The notes beneath the pieces were generated by a model. The model saw only the letters and a list, made by a program, of their open reading frames with translations. It searched no databases and was not told the origin of the DNA. The position numbers and the translations under genes are program-made. From the NCBI GenBank assembly GCA_964016885.1, contig OZ024743.1, positions 31,620,001-31,684,000 of the forward strand: DNA of 64,000 nt, written 5' to 3'. Source of the DNA: Eledone cirrhosa (taxonomy: Eukaryota). This document shows, piece by piece, positions 37,816 to 50,491 of the stretch. How positions within the stretch are numbered: the first letter of the stretch is position 1; each line of letters starts with the position of its first letter.

Positions 37816-39206
37816 ATGTGTGCGTGTCTGTGTTTGTGTGTTTGTGTGTGTGTGTATGTATATATAAACGATGATGATGATGATAAAGCTTATGTGTAAG
37901 TATTTATATATATGTATTTTACACAAACAACAGAAACCGGGTCTCTAAGATGTGTGAGCCACAGGCATCAGTGTTTCGTGTATCTTGTTTGTTATACTTT
38001 CTAACAGTTCACTTCGATATGTGTGTTCTGATTTTTGTTGTGTATTCCAATGCATCTTACCTCTTTATATTTTTTCTAACTGGATTTATCTTCTGTTGGT
38101 TTGGGTACGGTAAAAATTGATAAAAAATATTAAATATCGCAGATATTTGGAAACCTTTAGTATTTGATGTGTATCTTATATCCAAGGATTATAACAGAAA
38201 AATTATGTTTCAAATCTACGAATCTATATTACAATATAGATTTAACATTTATACTTTTGCGTGTAACAGTGTATATGCGTGAATGTAATAATTTCTTTTC
38301 ATATCTAAATTTCGTTTCATTCTATTCTATATATATATATATATATATATATACTTGCAGTTTATTTGTACAATTCGATACATTGCAAGTTAGTTGAGTA
38401 TCGTGCAAATACTCCCATTAAAACTACGTTCAGTGAGCTAATGTTCAAATGATTTATCTGGAATATTATTTTGTTAATCATTAAACCAATATATATTATT
38501 GTGCATGTTCCTGTTTATCCACAAGACAGCAACATAAATATCATTTTCTTCTAAATATTTACTGACGTCACTCGATATATTACTGTAGAATTTACTTATT
38601 TTAATAAATATAGACTTTCTGCGAGACAGAATATAACCACATTCTGGTGATGTTTCATCATTGTCACTAGGTAATCATATTACCATTCTTGAAACCAGTC
38701 TTAGTATTATAGAGTCTAAGTGAATTCTTCCTGAATAAATACAATTTAATTCACATATGGCTCTCTTAAACATAAAACATTATGGTATGCTTGCATTTTC
38801 TACTTATACATCTAGATTTCTACCAAACTAATACAAACCTATTACAAACTTAATATAAAATATTGATAATGAAGTCAAGTGTGTGCTTACAACTGATAAA
38901 CAGATAATCAGATTATTTCAATTTACTTTCTCTACATATGGTTATTTGCCAAATAATCGGGACAAACAGCCAAGCTACTCAATCTAAAATTGTACATAAG
39001 CCATCAAATCTGACCTTAGTGTCCATTTACGAAGAAATATAAGCTATTTAACTCTGTCCCATAGGCAAATGGATCAATGGTATACAAATTTTAAGTCTAC
39101 CGTACATTTGGTATGTAGAATATGACGTACAAACCTCCACGCTGCCACCCGAAAATAATACGTTAAAAGGTAAAATTTAGGTAAATATATTACTATGTAA
39201 TTTAGT

Positions 39207-39240
<34 letters not shown>

Positions 39241-40073
39241 AAGAACAAATCGATACAAATACTATTTGGATGAAAGGGAACTCTGAACTCGGGGTTGGGG
39301 GGGGGGGGTAATTTCAGAATGCAGAAAGCCTGAACGAATATCGCAAGCCATTGTATCCGATGTTGCAATAACTCTGACAAATCACCACATTCTATATTAC
39401 TATAGAATTGTATTATCCACCCTTATAGATCATAACACTGAGTAGAACTATGATATTAATACAGATAAGATGTGGAAATAAGTAAATATTTAACAGAAAA
39501 AAGACAGTTACACTGAATGCTTTGAGTGAATTTTCGTAAAATGCCAATAAAACACTTGCATATATATTATCATATTTAATATGGCCTGACCCCTCTTCGC
39601 CGCCCCCGATACGACGGTAATTATAAGTAAATCCAGGGAGGTAAGAACTGTAACGATGACTATATAACAAAGGTTTTCATTATGTACTATCGATAGAAAT
39701 GTTACACTGGGCTGGAATATGTATGTAGTTGACAACCAATTGTAACTCGCAATTTAAATTCAACCAGTAATGTTGAATATATAAAGGAATGGTACTATTA
39801 AGCTTGCTTGGCATAGTTATTCAACAGGAATTTCTATATTCATTTGCTTGAACTTGCTATATAGGGAGGGACGGTGGATGGGGGTAGGGTAAATACATGT
39901 ATATGTATGTTGTATCTTGGATATTGTATGCGTGTCTGTACGGAATGATTAAAGCGTGTTCTAATGAGTTATGAATTCAAATCCGCTGCGGCCCTTTCGT
40001 TGTACTGCGTAGATTTTGTAATTTGTTGGTCTTTCACGGCTTTAGTCGGCCTAGAACTTGTAAATTTGATATT

Positions 40074-40122
<49 letters not shown>

Positions 40123-42834
40123 GTTGAGTTATGGAACACTAACACACGACATCATGTTTCTTAAATGTAAACAGAAGTGAGGCACATTCGTACACCCACA
40201 CAGGAGGTGACATAATAGAATTAAGCGTGGTGAGATGTGAGGTAAACATAAATATATTAGTGGGAGCATACAGGCAATACATCCATGCGCAGCTAAGTGT
40301 TTCTAAACAAACGAAGTACACAATTATAGTGTATGAGTGTGGGTATCGGAAAACTGGTGAAAATGTTGATGAGTAAAATATACGATGCATATTATTTTTA
40401 ACAACGCATAATATAGTTATTTTTGTTTTGTCACAGGCATTCTTTGCTGTAGCAGATCCTATAATCAAGCATTTTCCATATTTCTTCATCACTCATGTTT
40501 TCTGACAAAGAATACAATCCATTTTTTATGGTGATGGTGATGGTGTCTAGTTTGAGGGAATGTAAAGAGTAATTTGTATGACCCATCTCAATTGGTGGAA
40601 CCAGAAAAATGAATAAGGTTTAAATCTTTCAGTATATTTGATGTCATATTTCGCTGCAATTTGTTCCTAAAATATAGGGTCAAATAATTCCCTTACTTGA
40701 ATAGTTGTCGAGCGAACATACATATTATTAAATGGGCAGGTGAGGAAGAGACCGTTTATAACATATGTTAAAGTTTCTGAATCTATTGAGATGAAAATCG
40801 AACATAACCGTATAAGTAATCTGTCTCAAATATATTTTTGGAACGTATTGGACTCAACTAAAGACTCTCAAGAAACAGGTTCTGTTTTGAATTGGGCTAC
40901 AAATTAAGTCTAACGCCCACAAAATAGGAACTATTCTCCACAAGAGATTTCACATAGTTTCCTCTATGGTAGAAAAATATAACCATAGTGATGAGAAATG
41001 AAATCCGAAATCATGTATTTTCAAAGCGAAACACTTTACTATAAAACATCTACTATAAAGAACCAAGTTATTATGCTCTTGTTATTTTTTTACTGATCAG
41101 ACGGTTCCAGAAGCCCGTTGCTTTTGAGGAGCGAGACCAAATGAATTAACTACATATGTTAACCTCACCAACAGTTCATTTAAGTAATATTACGAACATA
41201 TGTAAGTGCTTTGCAACCTATTCGTTCGGCAACAGTTCACTTAGCATCGTTAATATTCAGCTGAACAGCTTTTCAATCTATTTACGATCAATTAAAACGT
41301 CCAATTCGGGTTTGAAATGTCCAGTTCAATTGTAATTTAGAGTGTAAATATTCTCTTTATGATCTCTATTATAAACTTTAGCATTTCAGATCTTAGTGAG
41401 TTGTAGGTATTTAGATTTTGTATAAAATACATTTCATCGTGCCAAATAAGTCAATATGTTATAGCACTTAAAGTCACCCACGAGCTGGTGATTTTAATAT
41501 TCTATGGAGTTGTTCGAAGATATTCAATTGTTACTAACAAAATATTCGTTTCCCTTTAGCAATGCAGAAAAGACCTGCGTTTTGATGAAGGGGAAATTTA
41601 GACAACTTTTATTCGTGGACTTTTTGATTCTTTGCTGCGTTAATGAACGAAAACGGCTTCAATAGTGTAATAAAACGATATCTTCCGCTCAGATATCTGA
41701 AAGCAATTTCTTGCTCGTCTATACCCAGCATTGTTCCACAGTAACTATTTTCTGATCATATAGTAATGAAGCTAATGATAAGAAAGATAATGATTACTGT
41801 GCATCTAAACTGGTTCTTTCCACTTGAAACATGAGGCACGAATATGAGAATATTATTAATTTAGATGTTGTCAAATGCATATTAAAGCATAGTTTAAGTT
41901 TAATGAATGAAATGTAAAATGAAATAATTAAATTTATACACAAATACAGAATGTATATCTGATTTGAAGTGAATGGAGAGGATTAAAATCGATAACTATG
42001 AAATAATATTAATAATGGAGAAACTATTAAAATATAAGAAACTTAAATCTAAATAAGCGCGGTATGGGGAATGTAACTAAAATAGTACCCACTATATTTG
42101 GAGCACAGCGTTTTTCACATTCATAGCCCACAATATGCACACATCCGTACGTCTTATGTCCCTATCAATTCAATAGCACAATTGATAATGTAGGCTATTT
42201 GCAAACACCTATCGTATACAGTTACCATCGAAAAACCTAATATAACGCACACGATACATACTCTACACTAACACTGCAAAACTATATAACACAAACTGCA
42301 CAGCATATGTTCTACAGTACACACTGCTGGCGGCTCGATTCTAACTGGAAAGAGCTTACGAGCAGAAAATTAAATTCTAATGTCTGTTTAGTTAGCCTCT
42401 GAAATCAATTATTTTATTATTATTCTGTTTGTAGTTGGTTTTGAGTTGGTGGTGAAGGCCTGTAGACCTAATTAAGTGTTTCATTTCGGTATTTCTCTCA
42501 GAACATTGGAGTTATTGTTGGATTCCAAATTGCCTAGCCTTCTCTGAGTTTTATATTGCAGCCTATTGGAAATCCAAATCCTTTCCCAGTATCAGATTTG
42601 AAATTGTAACACGAAATTATTTTACTTAATAAGAATGATTACCAACATATAATTCTTTCAGAAAATGATGTCCAGCACATACATATTGACACTCAGAAGA
42701 CTATCCGTAGGAACTTAAAATCTGTATGAAAATGGTTAATATTTTACAAATCTCATCACTTATCACACATAGCCGTGAGCGATTATATTTAACAAAAAAA
42801 TTACATACAAAATGAATGGTTGTTACACATTTCT

Positions 42835-42871
42835 ACTTGGCCGGTTTCGCTTAAAGCAGCTTCTCAAAAGT
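42835..42871 (-). ncRNA. Hammerhead motif, U3-A8 variant, cleavage triplet mutated (GCC)
   Basis: ACTT-TTGAGAA-GCTgctttaAGC-GAAA-CCGG-CC-AAGT, same architecture as 8944-8981. Confidence 0.65.
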
Positions 42872-42905
42872 TTTTTTCATTTTTAATTTGATTTCCATTT
42901 CACAA

Positions 42906-43047
42906 ATAATATTGTCAATACTCTGATATGCCCAGTTCCTTGTTGGGTTGTTATTTCACTGAGGAACTGGAGTCATATGACTCCAGTTCCTCAGTGAAAT
43001 AACAACCCAACAAGGAACTGGGCATATCAGAGTATTGACAATATTAT
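42906..43047. repeat. 142-bp perfect palindrome with no loop
   Basis: 71-bp arms centred on catatg (42974-42979). Confidence 0.95.
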
Positions 43048-43091
43048 GCACCTAAACAACATATGTACTTGTCTATACCATACTAATTCAA

Positions 43092-43146
43092 ACTGCCTGA
43101 AGAGGTCACAGCCAAAGATAGCTGTCACTGAAATATATATAGCAGT
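43092..43146 (+). ncRNA. Minimal type I hammerhead motif
   Basis: ACTGC-CTGAAGA-[ggtcacagc caaagata gctgtcact]-GAAA-tatata-TA-GCAGT then AATAAA. 5-bp stem I. Confidence 0.85.
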
Positions 43147-43292
43147 AATAAACGAAGCTAAATTTTAATCATTTGACTTTTATTTAACTTTATTTTACAC
43201 TACTCCGGAGTAACCAAACCAAACTGCGCACTTCGTCGAGTGCTCCAGTCTGCACACTGAGGTGTTGGTATACAACCAACATAAACTCAAAA

Positions 43293-43412
<120 letters not shown>

Positions 43413-44301
43413 TATATGTATGTATCCATACACGCTTTCTTTGTTTTGCAACATACTCACTGATTCATTAAATATTGTAAATTCAATATGAGTAAAGAGA
43501 TTATTTCGGATATTTTGGTCTTGATTTGCTTTTGTGAGTCGCGAGTTCATTTAGTTGAACCTTTCATTCATTATTTCAATTCTGCTAAATAACTTTGATA
43601 ATAAACTAACGCTATCATTATCCATAATGAATGCATAATCAAATTTATTAGAAACATTTTCGTTGCTAATGATTGATTTTCTCTACACGGAGGATATAGA
43701 TGGATTAAATATTAAATAAATTTTCGAATACACAATAAGTAATAGTTTGCCTATTTTTTTCTTTTTGCGCTGAAATACCGATAAACTCCAGAACAACGAC
43801 AAAGAAATCATTATCATATTTTGAGTATGATGTGTTTATCTTGCTCTGTCGGATTGTGCATTGCCTCGAAGTTAAATAGAAATTAGTTGAACTAGATTCA
43901 TACACACCCATAATTCTCACTACTACTATGGCAACTGTGGCCTTATTTTCTAAAGAGATGATACAGATAAATCTGTTGGCATTGATATTAGTGGAGGGAT
44001 GACGTTACTGTCGACCTTTTGTATTCAAATTTTGAGTCGCTGCCCCGTGACCACTCCGTATTGCTAAACGCTTCTAGTCGTGAAAATGAACATAGTCCAA
44101 ATATTTAGGCCTTCGCTTTCTCCTTGGAGAATGAATAGCAAGTTATTATGGGATCCCTTTTTTTCCGTGGACAATGTATGCCGCCATATTAGCAGTTTGT
44201 AACAAAAATACTTTCAAAAATGATTATTCAAAAAACTTAAAACACACAAAAACACTTACGGAGTGATGTGTACATACGTTTCGAGAGACTCAACAGAAAA
44301 G

Positions 44302-44375
<74 letters not shown>
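44302..44375. repeat. (AAT)n at the 3' junction of Tx1 element 2
   Basis: About 24 perfect units abutting the element end. Confidence 0.95.
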
Positions 44376-44377
<2 letters not shown>

Positions 44378-44599
44378 TTTCTTTATTAACCACAAGGGTT
44401 TACATAAAGTAGACATTAAGGACAGTGCAGGACAATACAGGGCGGTACAAATGGGCATTTCTGCGTGTAAAAAAACAGAAAAAAGAGGGTGTAACAAAAA
44501 ATAACAATGAAAAATTCCCCAATAGGGGGGAGACTTCGGAGGGACATTTGTGGAGAAAGCCCAGTAAAAAGCCACAATGACCCTGACCACCAAGGCAAG

Positions 44600-47500
44600 T
44601 GTCCTCTCCCACAGATATATACTCAGAGTAGGCCCATTCACTTGGGTCATTCTTGCTTCTCTCACCCATCTTTCAACAAAATGCTGGGAAGAGAGCACTT
44701 CCCTCTCTACTCTGATTTTCCTTTTCAAATGAAATTTGAAAAAGTCAATCAGAGCATCACCGAAGAGGTAAGTGCTCGTCTTCAGCCATTTCAAACGTGT
44801 CCACCATACTATCTCTTTCGGCATGGCCACCAGACAGATAAAAACTGCCTGCCCTTCCCGGCTAAAGGAGGAGGGCGGGGCAATCCTCACGATGGACTCA
44901 GATGATAGCCGGATCCGTCCTAAACGCGACAGCAGGTGTTCGACATAAACCCACAAGTCAGCAATTTTCGGACACTGGACGAGTGCGTGCAGGACGGTTT
45001 CGTCGCCCTGTACGCATCTCGGACATGCCCGGCTGACGGCACCTCCATGCCTGTAGAGTTTATCCCGAACTAGCAAGGCTCCTCGGTAGCACTGCCAGGC
45101 CAGAGATTTCTGGAAGTTGTCCATAGGCCCTGGCCCGAAAGTTCTTCCGAAGAGATTGGCTAGTTGATTTTCGACGACGCCTAGAGTTTCCCCAAGTACG
45201 TCGTCGCTCTTCCCCTCCACTAATCCTCTATAGATCGCCGAGGTGGAGTTTCCACCGATCACATTGCCCGATTGGTCGAGGGCTGTGAGCGCCTGAAGAC
45301 ATTCCAGTATCCAGGCGCTCCCTCTCGGTCTTCGCTTGACCCAGGACTGCAGCTCCGTCAAGGAAACGACCTGGGGAAATACGTGTCTAGCAAACGGCGA
45401 CCACACCTGATCACCGTCGAGGAAGAGGTGGAGATGTCGTAGCCTGAGCGCGTGCCTGCGCATCATCAGCCACGGCATGCCCAGCCCTCCACGTAGCGGG
45501 TGTTGACAACAGATGGACCGCCTGACCATCGGAGCGCGTCCCTTCCACAAAAAGCGAAAGAGCAAACGCTCCACCGCAGTCAGGCGAGGCTTAGGACAAG
45601 GTACGACGGTCAGGCGGTAGCACATGACAGACGCGATGTACGCGTTAGCCACCTCCGTCGACCTTTCAGGGATAGCTTCCTCTCCGCCCATTTCTGGGTG
45701 AGAGAAGCCACCCTGCTCGTCACCTCGTCCCAGTTTTTTGTCCGTCTGGAGGTCCGGACCGAACCAGACCCCTAGCAATTTAACAGGTCCGTCCGTCCAG
45801 CGTCCGACGACGCTGTTGGACGGCATGGACCTGCCTCTCCAGGTGCCGATCTGTAGGCCCACTGACTTTTCCTGGTTGATCATTGCTACTGTCACCGCTT
45901 CGTATTCTCTTAGTGTAGTGCCGATCGCCTCTATGTGTTTGGCGTTCGACACCACTACGGTGACATCGTCCGCATATGCTGACACGGATCTTCCGCATCC
46001 TAGTTCGCGCGGGACTCCCCTCAACGTCTCCAGTTTGTGCAGTAATGGCTCGAGAGTCAATACGTACAAGAGGGACGAGAGGGGACATCCTTGGCGGACC
46101 GAGCGCATGATGTTGAACGGTTCCGACAGGTGACCGTTCACTCTCACCACAGAGCAGATGTCGCTGTGCATGGCAGCGATCCAGCCTCTGAAGACGGGCC
46201 CAAAGCCAGCCGCCCCCAGAACTGCCGCTAGGTAAAGATGGTCGACCCTATCGAAAGCTTTCGACTGATCTAAATTGATCAAGGACCCACCCGTGCCAGG
46301 TTCCTTAGCTACCCTCTCTATGATGTATCGCATGAGGTGGAGGTTGTCGTGGATGGATCTGTCGGGATTGGCGCATGTCTGCGCCTCTCCCACCAGACCA
46401 CCAACGACAAGCGCCAACCTCTTTGCTAGCACCTTGGCCAAAATCTTGAACTCTGTGTTTAGCAGAGTTATGGGCCGGAAATTATCTATGTTACCCCCCT
46501 TGTTCGGATCCTTTCTCAGCAGTGCCACCGCTCCTCGGCTCACAGAACTGGGAATTCTCCCGTTCTGTTGCCAGTTGCAGTAGACGTCCACCAAGAGGCC
46601 TCCGAACAATCTGGCATCTGTACGTAAAGTTCATAGGGCAGACCATCCAAACCAGGCGATTTACCCCTTGTGCCGCCAGTCATTGCCTCCCTTACTTCAG
46701 CGGTTGTTATCGGCTTTTCGCAACACTTCGCCTCAGTGGCCGAGAGCCCCGGCAGTCCGACGAGGTAGACACTAAAGTCCATCCCTCTACCCGGCCCACC
46801 ACTGCCCCCGAACAGCTGAGCGAAGTGTCGCTGAAAAGCTTCACACATTTGCCCGGGATCGAGTAGCATGCGCCCGTCGTGGTCCACCAAAGACCGGATC
46901 GTGGCTTTGTTGCCACGACGCGCCTCCGCCACTCGGGCCCATTGAACGGCTTTCGTCCCCTCGTGGCTGAGAGCACGCACCCTTGCTCTGACAACGCAGC
47001 CTTCGTGCTTTGCATTGAAGAATTGGTCAAGGGCCAATTTCGCCGCAAGCACGTCGGTCGCAATGCCTTTGCTAAGCGCCTCGTCTAATTTTCTAACTAG
47101 TTCTCCCTCTGCTCTATTTTTCTCTATTGCTAAAGCCTTACTAAACCTAATCGATTCTATTCTAATCGCTCTTTTCAGAGCAAACCACCACTTGTTGTTG
47201 ACGATGGTCCCCGTCAACGCCCTCTTAACTAGTTCGCTAATCCGGTCTCTGTAGGCCTTGCGCGCTGGTAAGGACGCGTTTAGCTTCCAGTAGCCGGGTC
47301 CTCGTCTATGAAGCCTATCTAAGTCAAGCACACAGATCACGAATTTGTGGTCCGTGTAGCTGACTATCTTGAATTGTGGACAGCCTATGCTAGACCTATC
47401 TATTTCCCTACAAAATACTCTATCTAGATATGATCTGGATGACCCTATGCGATTTGTCCAAGTCCACATTGGCGCATTCGGGAAATCCAATCGGTACCTG

Positions 47501-48027
47501 TCAGACAGTTCAAAAAGCCTGAGCAGGTTGGTGAGGCTTTTGCACCCTCCACCCATATCCGCTAATCCCACACAGTCCCAGCGTGCATCTAAGATCCCGT
47601 TCCAGTCGCCCACTAACACTAAAGAGCGGGACGTTCCAAGAAAGGTCTCCAGACGCCGGAAGAAATCAGGCCGCCCTGCTCCTGTCGGGGCATAGACGGC
47701 CACTAGCCTGAAAGCTTGCCCGTCTCCGCTGGTCACGTCCAGCACCACCAGCTTACCCTCTGGGTCCAGGAAGATGGCCCGTATGGCGAGATCCAAACCT
47801 CTCCGAAAAAGCACAGCAACTCCTCCCCCCGATCCAGGACCGCTGGGAGATGCGTACACATCGTAGCCGCCGAAGATCGGTGCGAAGGCCCGTGCTTCGG
47901 AGATTCTGGTCTCGCTGATGGCCACTACATCTATGTTTAGTGACCTGAGGTCGTTGAGCAGGTGACCCTGCTTCCATGACGACCCCAAGCCACGCGCATT
48001 TATGCTGCCTATTCTGAGTGAGGTCAT
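44600..48027 (-). pseudogene. Element 2 ORF2 (APE endonuclease, RT with YADD, CCHC)
   Basis: INARGL, ISET, GDWN, TDH, SPGLDGLP, FRPITLLN, KAFDRV, RQGCPLS, YADD, CPRC..H..C. Frameshift near 46610 and a compensating pair near 45735/45660. The true C-terminal end is approximate. Confidence 0.95.
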
Positions 48028-48065
48028 GTTTAAAATAGAGTGGAAAAATGGGAAACACCACTTAC
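48014..48065 (-). other. Candidate 52-nt GT-AG intron at the ORF1/ORF2 junction of element 2
   Basis: CG|GTAAGTggtgtttcccatttttccactctattttaaacatgacctcactCAG|A. The donor contains the ORF1 TAA stop. Confidence 0.5.
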
Positions 48066-50160
48066 CGTACTTTTGGTAGAGGAGGGATGGTTTTTACATC
48101 CCTTTTCACTTGATCGTCTGGCGAAGAGACCGTTGAATCGTCCTTTCGGCTGGTCGTCGGCTCTTCTAAGAGAATGTCTGAATATACTCTTCGATTGATA
48201 GTTCCTCCTAGGTCCCTGAAATCACCAACTGCGTTGGGGAATTTCGTTTTAATGTTCGTGTATTGTTTCTGTGCTGTTTTTAGCAGTTTTATGTTAGTTG
48301 GCGTTTTGATTGGTGCTGGTATTATGTAGTCGTGTTGTGAAATGTCTGTGTGTTCAATTATGTAAGTCATTAGTTTCTTGTTGTGTGTATTTATTGCCGT
48401 GCATTTGTTTTTCTGGGGGTGGGGTGTGGTTCTGCTATTTTCTTGTCGTTGTTGCTGGGTGTGTGTGTTTTGTTGTTGTGTTTGCGATGTTGGTGCTTGT
48501 GGTGGTGGTGTTGAAGGTGTTGTTGGCGGTGGGGTTGTCGCCGGTGGTGACGGTGGTGCTAGTGTGGGTGGTGATGGTGTTGATGGTGTTGCTGCTGTGG
48601 GTCTCTTTGCAGTAGACTTTACCCTTTTCTCATTTCTTTCCCCCCTTTTCAAAGGCGACGATGCGCTGCTTCTGCGTTTGTGCCTTCTTACGACATTTTG
48701 CCATCTCTCTCCCACCTCACACTCCATGTCTGATTCTGTGAGGTCGGGGAGGGGTACCAGCTCCACTCTTTCACTTGTTGTTGGTGGTGATGTTTGCACT
48801 GGAGTCTCTGTTGCAACTGCATTTGGTATTGCTGTTTTTGTTGTTAATATTTCCACTGCTGCTGCTGCTTTTGATTTCCGTGGCGTGGGTATGGGTCCCA
48901 CAGATCTATCGTTCCTCGTTGCCGCTTGTCCTGTTGCTGGTAGCCGTGGAGCCGGTTTCGGAAGGAGGGGGGTTTCTCCTTTCTCAGGGTCTTTTCGTTG
49001 CAGAAGGCCCTGAGGTGAGTCTTCGATCCACAGCGAAAGCATTTCGGGCGTTTTCCTTCAACACTTATGGGCAGTTGAGTGCCGTTATCGAAGTATATCA
49101 CATCCGGGATAGCTTCGATGCACTCCTGGTTGGTTTGGATTAGCATCTCAATGGAGGTGCCGACCCAATCTTCTCTTACTTTTTTCTGTACTTGCAGTAC
49201 AGTTGTTTTGTCCTCGATTCCGACGAGGACAGACGCGGCCAGCCAAGAAGGGGCCATCCCGGGGGGGACGTGGGTCAGTTTGACCCTCACAATTTTTTGC
49301 CCGCAGTAGGAGGGCACCAACACCATTTCCTCGCTCCTTAGGGTCACTAAGGATTGTGCCTTTGCCTCCTGGGGTGTGGCAAAAAGTACGTCTACGGTGG
49401 CATATTTTTTTCCTCTGGTGATGTGCGTTTTCCGCTGCCACACAGACCCCAAGGCTTTTTGTATTTGAGCCTCTGTGGCTCTTTCCACCCTACGGGATTT
49501 TGTACTTACTGTACGGTACGTGACCGTACAGTGCTGTTGGGTTTCGAAAAATGTTTCCGCTGCCTTGTAGATTGCTCGGTGTCCAGTCTTTGTCACCATC
49601 TAATTCGCTTCCTCTAATTCCTCATTTGTTATCAGGATTGTTTCCAAGTTTTTCGCAATACCTGCAAATGAGATTGGTTTTTCTTTGCTGCTGTTGTTGT
49701 TGTTGTCAGAGCTGCTGTTACTTTTGTTGTTGCTGCAGGTACTACGACTACTGCCTCCGCCGCTGTTGCTGTGGTTGTTGTTGGTGTTGCTGCTGCTAAT
49801 GCTGTTGTTGTTTATGCTGTTGGTGATGCTGTTGCGGCTGCTACTGTTGTTTTCATTGTCACTGTTGCTGTTGTTATTACGGCTGCTACTGCTATTATTC
49901 CTGACGTCAGACGAATGACCTGGGTTTTCGTATTTCCCGCACACCTGTTTCGTCGTTGTCGTCGTCGTCGTGGAGAAATCTTGCACGCTTTGCACGAGAC
50001 TTTTCTTTTCTGTCGTCGCTTTCGAAAGAGAAGGGAGGGAGAGAGACACATTTAAAGAAGGGAGGGAGAGAGACAATCTTCTCTCTGCTGTAGTGACGAT
50101 TGAGGAAGAAGAAGACGGAATGAGTGGGAGTGACCTATAAAAATTCTTTTTCGTAGCCAT
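48062..50160 (-). pseudogene. Element 2 ORF1 (low-complexity N-terminus, CCHC knuckle, Pro/Thr-rich region)
   Basis: Starts MATKK. One nonsense codon at 49600-49602 and a frameshift near 49000. CFRCGSKTHLRAFC knuckle. Confidence 0.9.
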
Positions 50161-50278
50161 GTTGTTTTTTTGTTTAAAATAAATATTGGGCACAAAACCC
50201 CAATAAGCAGTTATTTAACCCCGAAGGGCCAAATAACGGGCAGAAAGACCCCTCTCACGATGAGGAGGGTGTTTTTGT

Positions 50279-50340
50279 CTACAAGTTGGTTAAAGTTTTA
50301 AACAATTTACAATTGTTATAGCGGTCAAAATTTACAATAC
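50279..50340 (-). other. Candidate 62-nt GT-AG intron in the 5' UTR of element 2
   Basis: CAG|GTATTG...ctttaaccaacttgTAG|, starting about 35 nt from the 5' end. The acceptor end is nearly identical to that of element 1. Confidence 0.5.
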
Positions 50341-50375
50341 CTGACAGAGCCGAGCCTCCGTCAACCATAGCATTC

Positions 50376-50491
<116 letters not shown>

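Larger units (their letters stand above)
44376..50375 (-). mobile_element. Tx1/L1-clade LINE, element 2, full length (about 6.0 kb), few disruptions
   Basis: 5' UTR, ORF1, ORF2, and 3' end cccttgtggttaataaagaaatc. Flanked on both sides by (AAT)n. Confidence 0.96.

Noticed and set aside
44237-44600. Poly-Leu hydrophobic C-terminal extension of ORF2
   Set aside because: It is translation through the 3' UTR and (TTA)n flank, probably after loss of the real stop. Element 1 stops near the homologous position.
49597-49602. Programmed readthrough or stop-start at TAG ATG in element 2 ORF1
   Set aside because: The stop aligns with Gln in element 1 (LEEAKQ versus LEEAN*), so a simple CAG-to-TAG nonsense mutation explains it.
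48310-50055. Antisense ORFs over Tx1 ORF1 (Val/Gly/Leu-rich)
   Set aside because: Shadow frames of low-complexity, strand-biased ORF1 sequence.
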